A stretch of 59,647 nt of DNA from Candidatus Flemingiibacterium sp. Lineage in GTDB: Bacteria > Bacillota > Clostridia > Oscillospirales > CAG-272. Location: the NCBI GenBank assembly GCA_045589075.1, contig JAZNFI010000036.1:1-59647 (forward strand). The letters run 5' to 3'. Shown one piece after another: positions 47,837-57,290 of the stretch (the first letter of the stretch is position 1; every line of letters begins with the position of its first letter). A program made the translations under genes and the position numbers. The notes under the pieces are model-generated. The model had not been told where the DNA came from, made no database searches, and saw only the letters and a list, made by a program, of their open reading frames with translations.

Positions 47837-48334
47837 ATGAAAAAATCGTTTACCGGCGCAATTCTTGCCATTATTATTGCCCTTTCTGCAATTCTCTCAT
47901 CCTGCGGAGTTGAAAATTCAACCTACAGCTCTGACATAGCTGTTTCCGAACTTGGCGCTGCTGTTGATGAGGCACTGGGATTCAGCGAGACGCTTACAGA
48001 AGTCCCCGACGACTATATTAAGGGCATGATGGGCATTGACACCTCCGCATTTGCCGACTATACCGTGAAAATTCGTGCAAGCGGTGCCAATATTGACGAA
48101 TATGGTATATTCAAAGCACCTGACGGCATGGCAGTCTCCGATGTTGAAAACATCATTGGTAATTATCTTGAAATGAGACTTGAAATATGGATGGATGAGT
48201 ATATGCCCGAGGAAAAACCCAAACTGGAAAACGCAGATATTGAAATTATGGGCAGTTACGTCGTTTACTGTATCCTTGACGATGCTTCCAAAGATGCGGC
48301 ATTCGGTGCTGTGAAATCTGCACTCACCAGGTAA
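47837..48334 (+). CDS. lipoprotein, DUF4358-like
   Basis: 165 aa with lipobox LSSCG and the DEYGIFKA pattern. Confidence 0.75.
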   Translation: MKKSFTGAILAIIIALSAILSSCGVENSTYSSDIAVSELGAAVDEALGFSETLTEVPDDYIKGMMGIDTSAFADYTVKIRASGANIDEYGIFKAPDGMAVSDVENIIGNYLEMRLEIWMDEYMPEEKPKLENADIEIMGSYVVYCILDDASKDAAFGAVKSALTR

Positions 48335-48356
48335 GCTTATTTTAATAAAATCTCTG

Positions 48357-48397
48357 ATCTTCCCTTGCACAGTATGGATGCATGGGAAGATTTTTTC
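48357..48397 (+). terminator. intrinsic terminator after the lipoprotein gene
   Basis: atcttccc...gggaagat followed by tttttt. Confidence 0.75.
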
Positions 48398-48497
48398 TTG
48401 ATTTGTGCGTTCTGGCACCCGAGTTGGAAAATTATTCATTTTTTATATATAAACCGTGAATTTAGCTGACATTTTTATTACATATGCACTAAAAATC

Positions 48498-48526
48498 TTG
48501 ATTTCGCCCCACCTCTGTGTTATCAT
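48498..48526 (+). promoter_or_regulatory. promoter of the SLH protein gene
   Basis: TTGATT, a 17-nt spacer, then TATCAT, about 70 nt upstream of the ATG. Confidence 0.45.
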
Positions 48527-48594
48527 ATAGTCACGCGGCGAGGACGTGGTAAGCATGTCGCTTGCTGTGAATCAACACACGGAGGAAAGAAGTA

Positions 48595-51381
48595 ATGATA
48601 AACTTCAAAAGAATCATGTCCGCTTCACTCGCGACACTCATGATAGTCGCAGCAATGATGACGGGCGTATCCGCGAAGTCATACGACGACGTTGCATCCA
48701 CCGATGCTTTCGCGGAGCAAATCGAGATCCTTTCCGACATCGGAGTTATAAAGGGCACCAGCGAAACCGAATTCTCACCTGACGAAGACGTCACCCGTGA
48801 GCAGATGGCTATGCTTCTCTTCAGACTCATGATAGGCAAGGACAATTCAGGTAAGATAAACACTACAGCGTTTACTGACCTTTACGATGAGACCTACCAC
48901 GGTGCTATCTCCTGGGCAAATGCATCGGGCTACATTCTTGGCACATCAGCGACCACATTTGAGCCTACCGAGGGCATTATGCTCCAGGACGCAATGACCA
49001 TGCTGGTACGTGCTCTTGGTCACGACACCGACACTATGAACGCAGGCTACCCCTGGACATACATCGACACTGCAATAAAGTTAGGACTTGATGCAGGGCT
49101 TGAGTCTCTTGACTACGAAAAAGAGCTGACCCGTGCAGAGGTTGCAGCAATTCTCTACAATGCAATCACAGCCGAGTACCTTATCCCAAGGACAGCACCT
49201 AACGGAATGACCTACTACGATTCCACCACTATTATAGAGCGCGTTTTCGGATATGAGATCGCTGAAAGTGTTATCGTAGCAACCAACACTCACGCACTTG
49301 AAGGTGTGGCTACCGTTACCAAGGACGGCTACGTTACCGTACACACAGAGGACGGTCTTATCACTGTAAAGTACGAGGAGCTGGGACTTGAGGGTGAGTC
49401 TGATACTCACCTTGGCAGAAGCTACAAAATAGTTTACAAGCGCGACGACAAGACGAAGCTTATTTCCGTTCTCGGTTGCACCGAGATCGGCAAGAGCGTT
49501 CCCCTTTCCAAGATTGAGGTTGAAGAGGAAGAGTACAAGTATGTACTTATTAACGGAGTTAAGTATCAGGTAGTTGAGGAACTCTCCGATGAGCTTGCAA
49601 CCAACGCAAACGAGCTTCTTGTTTACGCATTTGCAGGCAGAGATGAGCTTATACAGATCACCTCTAACCGCGAGCTTTACGAGATTCTCGGCGCATATGA
49701 TGCTCACCTCATTTACAACGATAAAAACAGCACCGTTGCAGACCGCATTATTATAAAGCCTTTTGAGTTCGACGTTCTTGAGATTGACGACGGCGAATAC
49801 AACATTGCCCCCGGCGCAGACGAAGATAACCTTACCGTTATTAACCCCCACAAGGCGCAGGACGGAGACTACGTTCTCTACCACTACAACAGCGAATCCG
49901 AGATTCTTGAAATTGCGGCAGTTCTTCCCGTTATTAAGGATCAGAAGATCACCAGACTCACAAGAAAAACCGCTACCATAGGCGGCACCAAATACACCCT
50001 CGGAAGCGAGGCTATGGGCATCAGTGCAGAATCTATCCACGAGCTTCTTACTGTTGGCGAGAAGGTTGACATCGTTACCTACGGTGAGCTCCTTCTTGCT
50101 GTAACCGACTCCGAAGTTACCGCAGCAGGTTCTTCTAAGTACCTTGTAGCACACAGCGGTACTACTCCCGTATTCACTGACGGCAACTTCGGTTACGTTA
50201 TGGAAGCGGTAATTGACGGCAAGATTGAGACCATCTTTGTTGAAAACCGCTCGGTTACAGAGGGTGACGTATACCGCTACACTGTTGACGGAGACGGAAT
50301 CTACACCCTTATTCCCCTTACAACCGACGGCGGAGTTATCGAATCCGGCGACCACAAGTTTGTACAGTCAAGCAAGTACCACGACGAGATTGCTTTCGTT
50401 GTTGAATCCGCAGATGGAACCACCGTTACAAAGGCGGCTTCTCACTACACCATTGCAGCAGGCAGCGCTGAAAGCATGACCTCCACCGGCGCAAATGAGA
50501 GTCAGATTAAGTTTGTAACCGACAAAAATACCGTTATCCTCGTTAAGAAGGATGGCGAGTGGACTGCATCCAAGGGTGTTTACACCTCCACCATCGAAAT
50601 TGCCGACGGTGCAACTGTAACCGCAATATTTGACAATGAGATCGGCACTGTTGAGACTCTCCGCACACTTATCATCGACGACGGTTCCCTCGGAAGCATC
50701 GACTCCTCCGCAACCAGCGTCAAGATTATCGCAAATGCAGGGCGTGAGCTTGTTGACGGAAAGGTTTACACCGAGTACACCGTTCTCGACCACAAGACCG
50801 GTAAGATTGAGACCATGCTCTCCACCCACACTTCCCTCACTGTAGGTACTAACTACCTTACTGACATGAAGGGCTACATCTCTGCAACCGAGGCTGACGT
50901 AACCGCAGGCGTGCTTCAGGGCTACACCTCCACTACCGTTACAGTAGGCGGCGAGATTTACACCGTAACAGCCGGCACCAAGGCAACAAAACTCAACAGC
51001 GACGAAACTGTTACCGACATCAAGCTTTCTGACGCATTTATGGGTAATGTTGAGCTTATTCTTGACGACGGCAAGGTTATCTCTGTAATTCTTCTCGGCA
51101 AGGCAAGCTTCACAGCAGAGTATGCAGACAGCAAGATTACCGTCACCGCTGATGGCGCACTTACTGCGGCTGACAGCTACGAGCTTGTATCTTTAAAGGT
51201 CTACGACACTGAGGACGAGGAATACGACTCCGTTGACATCAGTGAGTTTACCCTCTCCACCGTTGACGGCGATATATTTGCCTTTGAGGCAGACACCGTT
51301 TCCGCTCTCCTTGCTGGCGACTATCTCCTTTCCTTCAAGGTAAACGGCGTTAGATTCACAAGTGAATTTACCGTAGAATAA
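48595..51381 (+). CDS. S-layer homology (SLH) domain cell-surface protein
   Basis: 928 aa with a signal peptide and three N-terminal SLH-like repeats (FSPDEDVTREQMAMLLFRLM, FEPTEGIMLQDAMTMLVRAL, LTRAEVAAILYNAI). The rest is long, Thr/Val-rich and probably beta-rich. Confidence 0.88.
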   Translation: MINFKRIMSASLATLMIVAAMMTGVSAKSYDDVASTDAFAEQIEILSDIGVIKGTSETEFSPDEDVTREQMAMLLFRLMIGKDNSGKINTTAFTDLYDETYHGAISWANASGYILGTSATTFEPTEGIMLQDAMTMLVRALGHDTDTMNAGYPWTYIDTAIKLGLDAGLESLDYEKELTRAEVAAILYNAITAEYLIPRTAPNGMTYYDSTTIIERVFGYEIAESVIVATNTHALEGVATVTKDGYVTVHTEDGLITVKYEELGLEGESDTHLGRSYKIVYKRDDKTKLISVLGCTEIGKSVPLSKIEVEEEEYKYVLINGVKYQVVEELSDELATNANELLVYAFAGRDELIQITSNRELYEILGAYDAHLIYNDKNSTVADRIIIKPFEFDVLEIDDGEYNIAPGADEDNLTVINPHKAQDGDYVLYHYNSESEILEIAAVLPVIKDQKITRLTRKTATIGGTKYTLGSEAMGISAESIHELLTVGEKVDIVTYGELLLAVTDSEVTAAGSSKYLVAHSGTTPVFTDGNFGYVMEAVIDGKIETIFVENRSVTEGDVYRYTVDGDGIYTLIPLTTDGGVIESGDHKFVQSSKYHDEIAFVVESADGTTVTKAASHYTIAAGSAESMTSTGANESQIKFVTDKNTVILVKKDGEWTASKGVYTSTIEIADGATVTAIFDNEIGTVETLRTLIIDDGSLGSIDSSATSVKIIANAGRELVDGKVYTEYTVLDHKTGKIETMLSTHTSLTVGTNYLTDMKGYISATEADVTAGVLQGYTSTTVTVGGEIYTVTAGTKATKLNSDETVTDIKLSDAFMGNVELILDDGKVISVILLGKASFTAEYADSKITVTADGALTAADSYELVSLKVYDTEDEEYDSVDISEFTLSTVDGDIFAFEADTVSALLAGDYLLSFKVNGVRFTSEFTVE

Positions 51382-51410
51382 TCACAATCACAAACATCGC
51401 CATTGTAAAT

Positions 51411-51444
51411 ATCCCCACCCTCCGGTGTTACGGAGGGTGGGGAT
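51411..51444. terminator. bidirectional terminator hairpin between convergent genes
   Basis: atccccaccctccg-gtgtta-cggagggtggggat, a 14-bp perfect stem. Confidence 0.75.
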
Positions 51445-51471
51445 TAATATTTGCAATCGAACCGCGTCGCT

Positions 51472-52044
51472 TCATCCGCCAATCAGGGATACGCCTTCAA
51501 TAAGATCTTCAAAGCAGTTTCGTCCAAATCGGGTGTCTGAACGGTATCCTTCGATTCGTATATACCTCACCCTGCTGTAATTATAGCTTGACAGCGGTCT
51601 TCCGTAAGCATCATCACTCTGGGCTGCTACGAGATAAGTGCGCCGGTTGTAGCCTACAACAAGCAGGGTGTGGTAGTAGTCTCCGTCATTTCTGCCAAGC
51701 TGTATCACGTCCCCGGGAAGCAATCGCTCCGCGCCTCTGATTTCCCTGCCAAATGGTCCTAATCCTCCCCCGACACCCTCTCCCGATGCGTTGTCGGTAA
51801 TGAAGTTGTAGAAGAATTCAACCCCCGTCCAGGCGGCGGCACGGTCATTATTGGATATGTAGTACCATCCGAAATCAGGGGTGTAGTTCATCTGACAGCA
51901 TCCTGCAAGCAGACATTGTGAGATGAAGTTTGTGCAGTTACCGCCGCGTCCCGTGAAATCGAAAAAAAGCGGATTGCGGTCAAAAGCCCACCGTCTTGCG
52001 TAGGCAACCGCCCGTGCTCGGTCATATTCAAATATTTCGGGCAT
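51472..52044 (-). CDS. putative amidase-domain protein (Amidase_6-like)
   Basis: YDRARAVAYARRWAFDRNPLFFDFTGRGGNCTNFISQCLLAGC is typical of the family. I take the start at 52044 (MPEIFEY, AAGGAGG upstream). The ORF extends to 52146. Confidence 0.82.
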   Translation of the reverse strand: MPEIFEYDRARAVAYARRWAFDRNPLFFDFTGRGGNCTNFISQCLLAGCCQMNYTPDFGWYYISNNDRAAAWTGVEFFYNFITDNASGEGVGGGLGPFGREIRGAERLLPGDVIQLGRNDGDYYHTLLVVGYNRRTYLVAAQSDDAYGRPLSSYNYSRVRYIRIEGYRSDTRFGRNCFEDLIEGVSLIGG

Positions 52045-52083
52045 ATGCTGTACCTCCTTTGACAGTACAGCATATGCCCGAAA
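52035..52083. promoter_or_regulatory. 19-bp perfect inverted repeat spanning the RBS and start codon of the amidase-domain gene
   Basis: Arms are 52035..52053 (tttcgggcatatgctgtac) and 52065..52083 (gtacagcatatgcccgaaa). The 11-nt loop carries most of the Shine-Dalgarno sequence. The ATG lies inside the arm. Confidence 0.7.
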
Positions 52084-52111
52084 CAATACACTTGTTAATA
52101 CATCTCCGCTA

Positions 52112-52140
52112 TTGCAATTTCGTAAATCATATGTTATAAT
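52112..52140 (+). promoter_or_regulatory. promoter of the capA-like / radical SAM pair
   Basis: TTGCAA, a 17-nt spacer, then an extended -10 TGtTATAAT, about 30 nt upstream of the ATG at 52170. Confidence 0.6.
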
Positions 52141-52169
52141 ATGCATACTGCAAAAAGTATGAGGTAATT

Positions 52170-53270
52170 ATGAAAAAAACAATAATTATAGCATCCGCTG
52201 TCATGATGCTTATTTCCCTTGCAGCGGCTTGTGCAACGTTTTACATACTCCGGGCACCGCTTGAAATATCTCACACATTAACAGTTGATCCTGTCCCCGA
52301 AAAAGCACAAAGGCATCTACCTGGCAGTCCGTCTGATGCCCAGGCAGAGCCTCCTGCCGAACCCGTAAGCGTCACACTGTCCTTTGTCGGTGACTGTATG
52401 CTTGCCACTGACCGGGGCGGAGAATATGCCGGATCATTTAACAAGCTTGCCCGTGAGGTGAATCCATCCTACTTCTTTGAAAACTTCGATGAACTGTTCG
52501 GAAATGACGACTGGACGGTGGCAAACCTTGAAAACGTGTTCACCGACGATCCGGATGCCGCAGCTCGGGCAAAAAATCACTCCCCTGCCTATTGGTATAA
52601 ATCCAGTACAAAAAACACGGATATTCTTACCGAGGGAAACATTGAGATTGTATCCCTTGCCAACAATCATTCACAGGACTACGGTGATACCGGCTACAGG
52701 GACACAAGAAATGCCCTTTCCGAGGCAGGTATTCTCTACGGCGACGACAGCGGTGTGCTGATACTTGAAAAGGATGGATTCAGGGTAGCCCTTTATTGCT
52801 GTACATATTGGTACAATGGCTATGAACGGATCATAATCGACAAAATGGCTGAAACCGAGGCTGATTACAAAATAGTATACTTTCACGGCGGTACAGAGCG
52901 GGTTCACGTGCCGGACGAGTGGAAGGCGGCAGGTGCAAGGCGCATGATAGACGGCGGAATAGACACCGTAATCGGCGGACATCCTCATGTGCTTCAGCCT
53001 ATTGAGGAATATAAGGGAAAAACCATTGTCCACTCCCTCGGGAACTTCTGCTTCGGCGGTTCAAGAAACGAAGAAAACCGGACAATTGTATACCGCCTCA
53101 CGCTTACATCAGTTGAAGGTACGGTTACAGATGTTACCAGCGAGGTCATTCCCTGCTATGTGTACACAGATCTTTATAAGCCGGGAATAATAACGGATGA
53201 AGACGAAATAGCCGCAGTAAATGCATTTCTTTACGAAGGTGCTGAATCGCCCATGGGTGACAAAAAATGA
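52170..53270 (+). CDS. CapA-family (PGA_cap metallophosphatase-like) protein, membrane anchored
   Basis: 366 aa with an N-terminal TM segment and FVGDCML, ANNHSQDYG and GGHPHVLQP motifs. Confidence 0.88.
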   Translation: MKKTIIIASAVMMLISLAAACATFYILRAPLEISHTLTVDPVPEKAQRHLPGSPSDAQAEPPAEPVSVTLSFVGDCMLATDRGGEYAGSFNKLAREVNPSYFFENFDELFGNDDWTVANLENVFTDDPDAAARAKNHSPAYWYKSSTKNTDILTEGNIEIVSLANNHSQDYGDTGYRDTRNALSEAGILYGDDSGVLILEKDGFRVALYCCTYWYNGYERIIIDKMAETEADYKIVYFHGGTERVHVPDEWKAAGARRMIDGGIDTVIGGHPHVLQPIEEYKGKTIVHSLGNFCFGGSRNEENRTIVYRLTLTSVEGTVTDVTSEVIPCYVYTDLYKPGIITDEDEIAAVNAFLYEGAESPMGDKK

Positions 53271-54160
53271 GTTTGTGCTGTCTTTGTCCCCGAAGGTGTG
53301 CAGTAGACAGGGTTAGCTCCCTTGGCTTCTGTGGGCAGTCAAATGAAATAAGAATTGCGAGAGCAGCTCCCCATATGTGGGAAGAACCCTGTATATCGGG
53401 AAAAAACGGGTCGGGAACGGTATTTTTCTGTGGATGTCCCCTTGGCTGTGTGTACTGCCAAAACTTCTCAATATCAAGGCGCGGCGGAAATACCGGAACA
53501 ACCGTAACTCCCATAAGACTGTCGGAAATATTTCTTAAACTGCAAGAAGCAGGGGTCCATAATATAAATCTTGTGACGCCGACTATGTTTGCACTTCAGA
53601 TTGCCAAGGCAGTGGACCTCGCAAAAAATAACGGGCTTACCGTCCCGGTTGTTTACAATACAAGCGGTTATGAGCTCTCCGACACTCTTGACTTGATTTA
53701 CAGACAAATAGACATTTATATGCCTGATTTCAAGTATCTTTCAGAAGACCTTTCGGCATGGTATTCAAACGCCGCAGATTATCCGATACACGCAAAATCC
53801 TCTCTGTCCAACATGGTAAACCGTATCGGCGAAGCAGTGTTTGACAGCGACAGTATGATGAAACGCGGCGTAATTGTGAGACATCTGCTCCTGCCGGGGC
53901 AGCTTGCCGAGTCAAAGCGGGTTCTTGACTATCTGTTTTCAGAATACGGCAACAGTATCTATTATAGCCTCATGAGTCAATATACCCCCACAGCTGCTCT
54001 TGATACCGGACGTTTTCCTGAGCTTTGCCGCAGAACTACCACATACGAATACCAAAAGCTCATCGACCATGCGCTTTTCCTTGGAATAAAGAATGGTTTT
54101 ATACAGGAGAGGAGTGCGGCAAAGGAAAGCTTTATCCCTGATTTTTCCGGTAATCTCTGA
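53267..54160 (+). CDS. radical SAM protein (PflX-like, activase-related)
   Basis: 297 aa with the CPLGCVYC CX3CX2C cluster motif. The ATGA overlap couples it to capA-like. Confidence 0.87.
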   Translation: MSLCCLCPRRCAVDRVSSLGFCGQSNEIRIARAAPHMWEEPCISGKNGSGTVFFCGCPLGCVYCQNFSISRRGGNTGTTVTPIRLSEIFLKLQEAGVHNINLVTPTMFALQIAKAVDLAKNNGLTVPVVYNTSGYELSDTLDLIYRQIDIYMPDFKYLSEDLSAWYSNAADYPIHAKSSLSNMVNRIGEAVFDSDSMMKRGVIVRHLLLPGQLAESKRVLDYLFSEYGNSIYYSLMSQYTPTAALDTGRFPELCRRTTTYEYQKLIDHALFLGIKNGFIQERSAAKESFIPDFSGNL

Positions 54161-54168
54161 AAAAATAT

Positions 54169-54207
54169 GCCGCAAGTCAAGATTGGCTTGCGGCTGTATT
54201 TTATTTT
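54169..54207. terminator. terminator between the convergent radical SAM and M23 genes
   Basis: gccgcaag-N10-cttgcggc followed by tgtattttatttt. Confidence 0.7.
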
Positions 54208-55811
54208 GCCATTAGGATTCCTTCTTCCCAAAGGTCGTATGGGCAGACGGGAACATCGTAAACGGAAAGTCCTACATGAAGCGTGGTAGTTGCGGTAAAG
54301 CCGGTGGAGCCCACATATCCTACAACGTCTCCCTTGTTTACCGTATCACCCACCTCAACAGCTGTTGAACCGAGGTGGCAGTACCAGCTCTTCAGTCCCA
54401 GTCCGTGGTCAACCACAACCACATATCCCGTGAGGTCAAGGTAGCCAACATAAGCCACCTTACCGTTGTTGACGGCATAAGCACTCTTTCCTGCACTTGA
54501 GAGGTAATCAACGCCCTGATGGCGATAGGTCTCACCCGTGCCCGTAATAGTACAGTAACGCCCGTATCCTATACGCAGGACGCCGCTTTCCGGGCCCTCG
54601 AGGAACAGACCGTCCCAAAGGGGAGTGGACTCTGTCTGTGCTACAATGGGTGCCATTGTAGTGTTAAAGTTTTTAAGAGTGGTCTCTGTGCGGGTCTGGC
54701 TTGTGATTGTGGCACTTATATCGAGGGTCGAGGAACCAAAAGTCTTTTCGGCAATATCAAGAGTCATTTCCTGTGTTACCTCGCCGTAAGAACAGGTGAA
54801 CTTCACCTCACTGCCCTTAAAGTCCATATTTACGGGGACAAGCGCACGGGCATAATTTCCGTCGGCAAAGAAAGTGGGGGTATAGCCTATGTCCGGCTCA
54901 CTGGCAAAAGTAATGGCAGAGGGGTCGTCCACATTCTTTGCAGATATAACAACAAACTCTCCCGGCTCGATTTCGGTCTCTCCGAGATAGAACACCGCAG
55001 GATAGAGTATCTTTGCCTTAAAGCTGTAGCTCGCCGAGCCGTAGCAGGATTCGCTGTCACTCTCGTACCATTTTGCGTCGACAAGCACGTCGATAGTCTT
55101 GCCCTCAAGAGATGCGTTGGCAATGTTCGAATAGCTGTCGCTGAACACCACTGTGCCGCCGTCAATTATCGTAACATTGCAGAAGTCGGGCTCGTGGGCA
55201 AATCCAAGCGCAAATGCACCTTTCATCATATGCACCTCGTCGGTAGCTTCACCCGTCTTTATATCGTCAAGGGCAACGTAGTCTCCGTTGTATGTCTTGT
55301 ACACCCATTCACCTGAGGTAGGTGCAAGCGTTTCGCCGGAAATGGTGAGATAAGGATACTCCGACGTATCGTAAAGACAGCGTGCGTATTTTGTGGAGAG
55401 GAATGCACCGGCGTCATCTGAATTTATAAGATACGCACGGTTGTGTGAATCCACAAAATATGCCTCGTCGGTGTTTTCGGAGAAGTAGTATTTATATATC
55501 TGCGTTCTGTCGTAGCTGTAATACTTAAATTCAAAATAGTCACTTCCCTCAAGCTGTTCGGGAAGTGAAGGCTGCTCTATTGCATGGTTGTTTATCTTTA
55601 TAAATCCGGCAATATCGGATGCACCGCCCTGGTCCTTTATAATTTTATAGACATTTCCCTTTGTGTCCGTCACATCAAGAGCGGTAACGCTTTTTGCGTC
55701 AACAGGCGCGAACTGTGCGGTTACAAAGCTTCCGAGTGCAATGTATGTGGGTATAAACAGCGCCACTATTACAGCAACTGTTACCAGTATATTTCTTGCA
55801 GGCTTGCTCAT
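54201..55811 (-). CDS. M23-family metallopeptidase with a long N-terminal extracellular region
   Basis: C-terminal HQGVDY (HxxxD) and GSTGFTATTTLHVG. The N-terminal TM follows MSKPARNIL. The ATG at 55811 follows AAGGGGA. The ORF extends to 55862. Confidence 0.88.
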   Translation of the reverse strand: MSKPARNILVTVAVIVALFIPTYIALGSFVTAQFAPVDAKSVTALDVTDTKGNVYKIIKDQGGASDIAGFIKINNHAIEQPSLPEQLEGSDYFEFKYYSYDRTQIYKYYFSENTDEAYFVDSHNRAYLINSDDAGAFLSTKYARCLYDTSEYPYLTISGETLAPTSGEWVYKTYNGDYVALDDIKTGEATDEVHMMKGAFALGFAHEPDFCNVTIIDGGTVVFSDSYSNIANASLEGKTIDVLVDAKWYESDSESCYGSASYSFKAKILYPAVFYLGETEIEPGEFVVISAKNVDDPSAITFASEPDIGYTPTFFADGNYARALVPVNMDFKGSEVKFTCSYGEVTQEMTLDIAEKTFGSSTLDISATITSQTRTETTLKNFNTTMAPIVAQTESTPLWDGLFLEGPESGVLRIGYGRYCTITGTGETYRHQGVDYLSSAGKSAYAVNNGKVAYVGYLDLTGYVVVVDHGLGLKSWYCHLGSTAVEVGDTVNKGDVVGYVGSTGFTATTTLHVGLSVYDVPVCPYDLWEEGILMAK

Positions 55812-55973
55812 ATATATTTCCCCTTTTTCCTTCAATATGATACTCATGTTTACATTATACAATATTTTCGCCCCAAGGTCAAGGGGGTTGTTAAATTTTG
55901 AAGAAAAAACAGATCCTGCAATTCACTTAAAAGTTTTTTATAGCTTTTTCGGCTTTCTTTGACAAAGTTTCAC

Positions 55974-56002
55974 TTGCAAAAAAGGAACGCCTGTGTTATA
56001 AT
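55974..56002 (+). promoter_or_regulatory. promoter of the patatin-like gene
   Basis: TTGCAA, a 17-nt spacer, then an extended -10 TGtTATAAT. Confidence 0.6.
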
Positions 56003-56030
56003 GTATTTGTCGATATGAAATGGGAGTGTG

Positions 56031-56888
56031 ATGTGGTTGAATATAGGACTCGTTCTGTCAGGCGGTATGGCAAAGGGCGCATATCAGGTGGGTGCATTGA
56101 CAGCAATTTCAGAATTTATACCAAGACACGAAATAAAATACATAAGCTGCGCCTCTGTGGGGGTTCTGAACGGATACGCATATGCTGCCGAAAAAATGGA
56201 GCGAGCCTATGAAATATGGCGAGGACTGTGCCCTGATGCAGACAAACTGATGATAAGTCAGATTCTAAAAAGCAATCTCCTTGGCGATACCATAAAATCT
56301 CTGTACGATAAGGACACTACTCCAAAAATACCGTTTTACACCGCTCTTCTCGATATAGCAGGATTCTCGGTGACATACAAGAACCTTTCTTCCGTAAAAA
56401 GCCAACTGATACCCGGATACCTAATGGCAAGTGTGGCGATGCCGGTGTACAACAGAGCCGTGCGCATTGAGGGAATACCTTACTTTGACGGTGCGATGGT
56501 CGACAACATTCCCGTACACCCTCTTATGCGTCACAACCTTGATTACCTCATATGCATATATTTCGACAACACCGCATATCGCTTTGAAAGCGCATATTTC
56601 GATAATAAGATTATAAAAATTACATTTCCCTCTGACACAATACTCCGCGAATCCGTGGTATTCACACGTGACGGTATTGAGAAAATGCTGACTGGCGGAT
56701 ATGAACGCACACGTCATATCCTGCGTTCTGTGCTTTACGATGGTTACGAGGACACAGAGGCTGTATACAGAGCCATTGAAGCTCAGAACAAAAGTACACC
56801 TCAAAGTCCTCGCATCACAGGTGACGTGATGGTTTCCAATTTGAATAAAGTAGTACAAAAATTTGCTTCGAGACGAATAATTATCTGA
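56031..56888 (+). CDS. patatin-like phospholipase
   Basis: GLVLSGGMAKGAYQVGAL (oxyanion hole), CASVG (a variant of the nucleophile elbow GxSxG) and DGAMVDN (catalytic Asp). The start is uncertain among 56028 GTG, 56031 ATG and 56037 TTG. Confidence 0.85.
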   Translation: MWLNIGLVLSGGMAKGAYQVGALTAISEFIPRHEIKYISCASVGVLNGYAYAAEKMERAYEIWRGLCPDADKLMISQILKSNLLGDTIKSLYDKDTTPKIPFYTALLDIAGFSVTYKNLSSVKSQLIPGYLMASVAMPVYNRAVRIEGIPYFDGAMVDNIPVHPLMRHNLDYLICIYFDNTAYRFESAYFDNKIIKITFPSDTILRESVVFTRDGIEKMLTGGYERTRHILRSVLYDGYEDTEAVYRAIEAQNKSTPQSPRITGDVMVSNLNKVVQKFASRRIII

Positions 56889-56912
56889 TTTTTGAAAGGA
56901 TGGGTTTTAAAA

Positions 56913-57089
56913 ATGAAAAAGGCTCTTCAGATACTGCTTCTGACTTCCGGTGTGATATGCGTGGCAAGTGCTTGTGTGCTTGGCGGAATATACATATCAA
57001 AGGCAGTGCGTCGTTTAAAATACACCTACCAGGCATTCTCAAACTGCTTTAGGCCCATTGACTACGTCGTTGAGGATTACGACATCTGA
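56913..57089 (+). CDS. small hypothetical single-TM protein
   Basis: 58 aa, MKKALQILLLTSGVICVASACVLGGIYI..., 24 nt after the patatin stop. A terminator follows it. Confidence 0.45.
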   Translation: MKKALQILLLTSGVICVASACVLGGIYISKAVRRLKYTYQAFSNCFRPIDYVVEDYDI

Positions 57090-57112
57090 TTTTTTATACA
57101 AGATTTAATTTT

Positions 57113-57138
57113 GGGGCATTTCATATGCCCCTTTGTTT
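57113..57138 (+). terminator. intrinsic terminator
   Basis: ggggcat-ttcat-atgcccc followed by tttgttt. Confidence 0.75.
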
Positions 57139-57290
57139 ATAATTACGATACCGAATCTGCTGACTTTACAGATTACATTCATATAACAATTAATTTGCAA
57201 ATACAGATTGATTTTTCTATAAATGTATGGTATCATAATAACATAGAATCAACCTCTGCCCATGCGGAGTGAATGTAACGGAGTACTATT

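Noticed and set aside
49081-50355. 424-aa ORF on the minus strand inside the SLH protein gene
   Set aside because: It is entirely antisense to a well-supported 928-aa gene. Its product is low-complexity (Val/Asn/Gly/Cys-rich) with no recognisable motif or RBS. This is the usual shadow ORF produced by the codon bias of the sense gene.
56031-57089. Patatin-like phospholipase plus a small TM protein as a possible CBASS-like or other defence effector module
   Set aside because: No cyclase, sensor, nuclease or other defence-associated partner is nearby. The pair has its own promoter and terminator, and its neighbours are an M23 peptidase and a surface hydrolase. It looks like an ordinary lipid-metabolism or housekeeping patatin.
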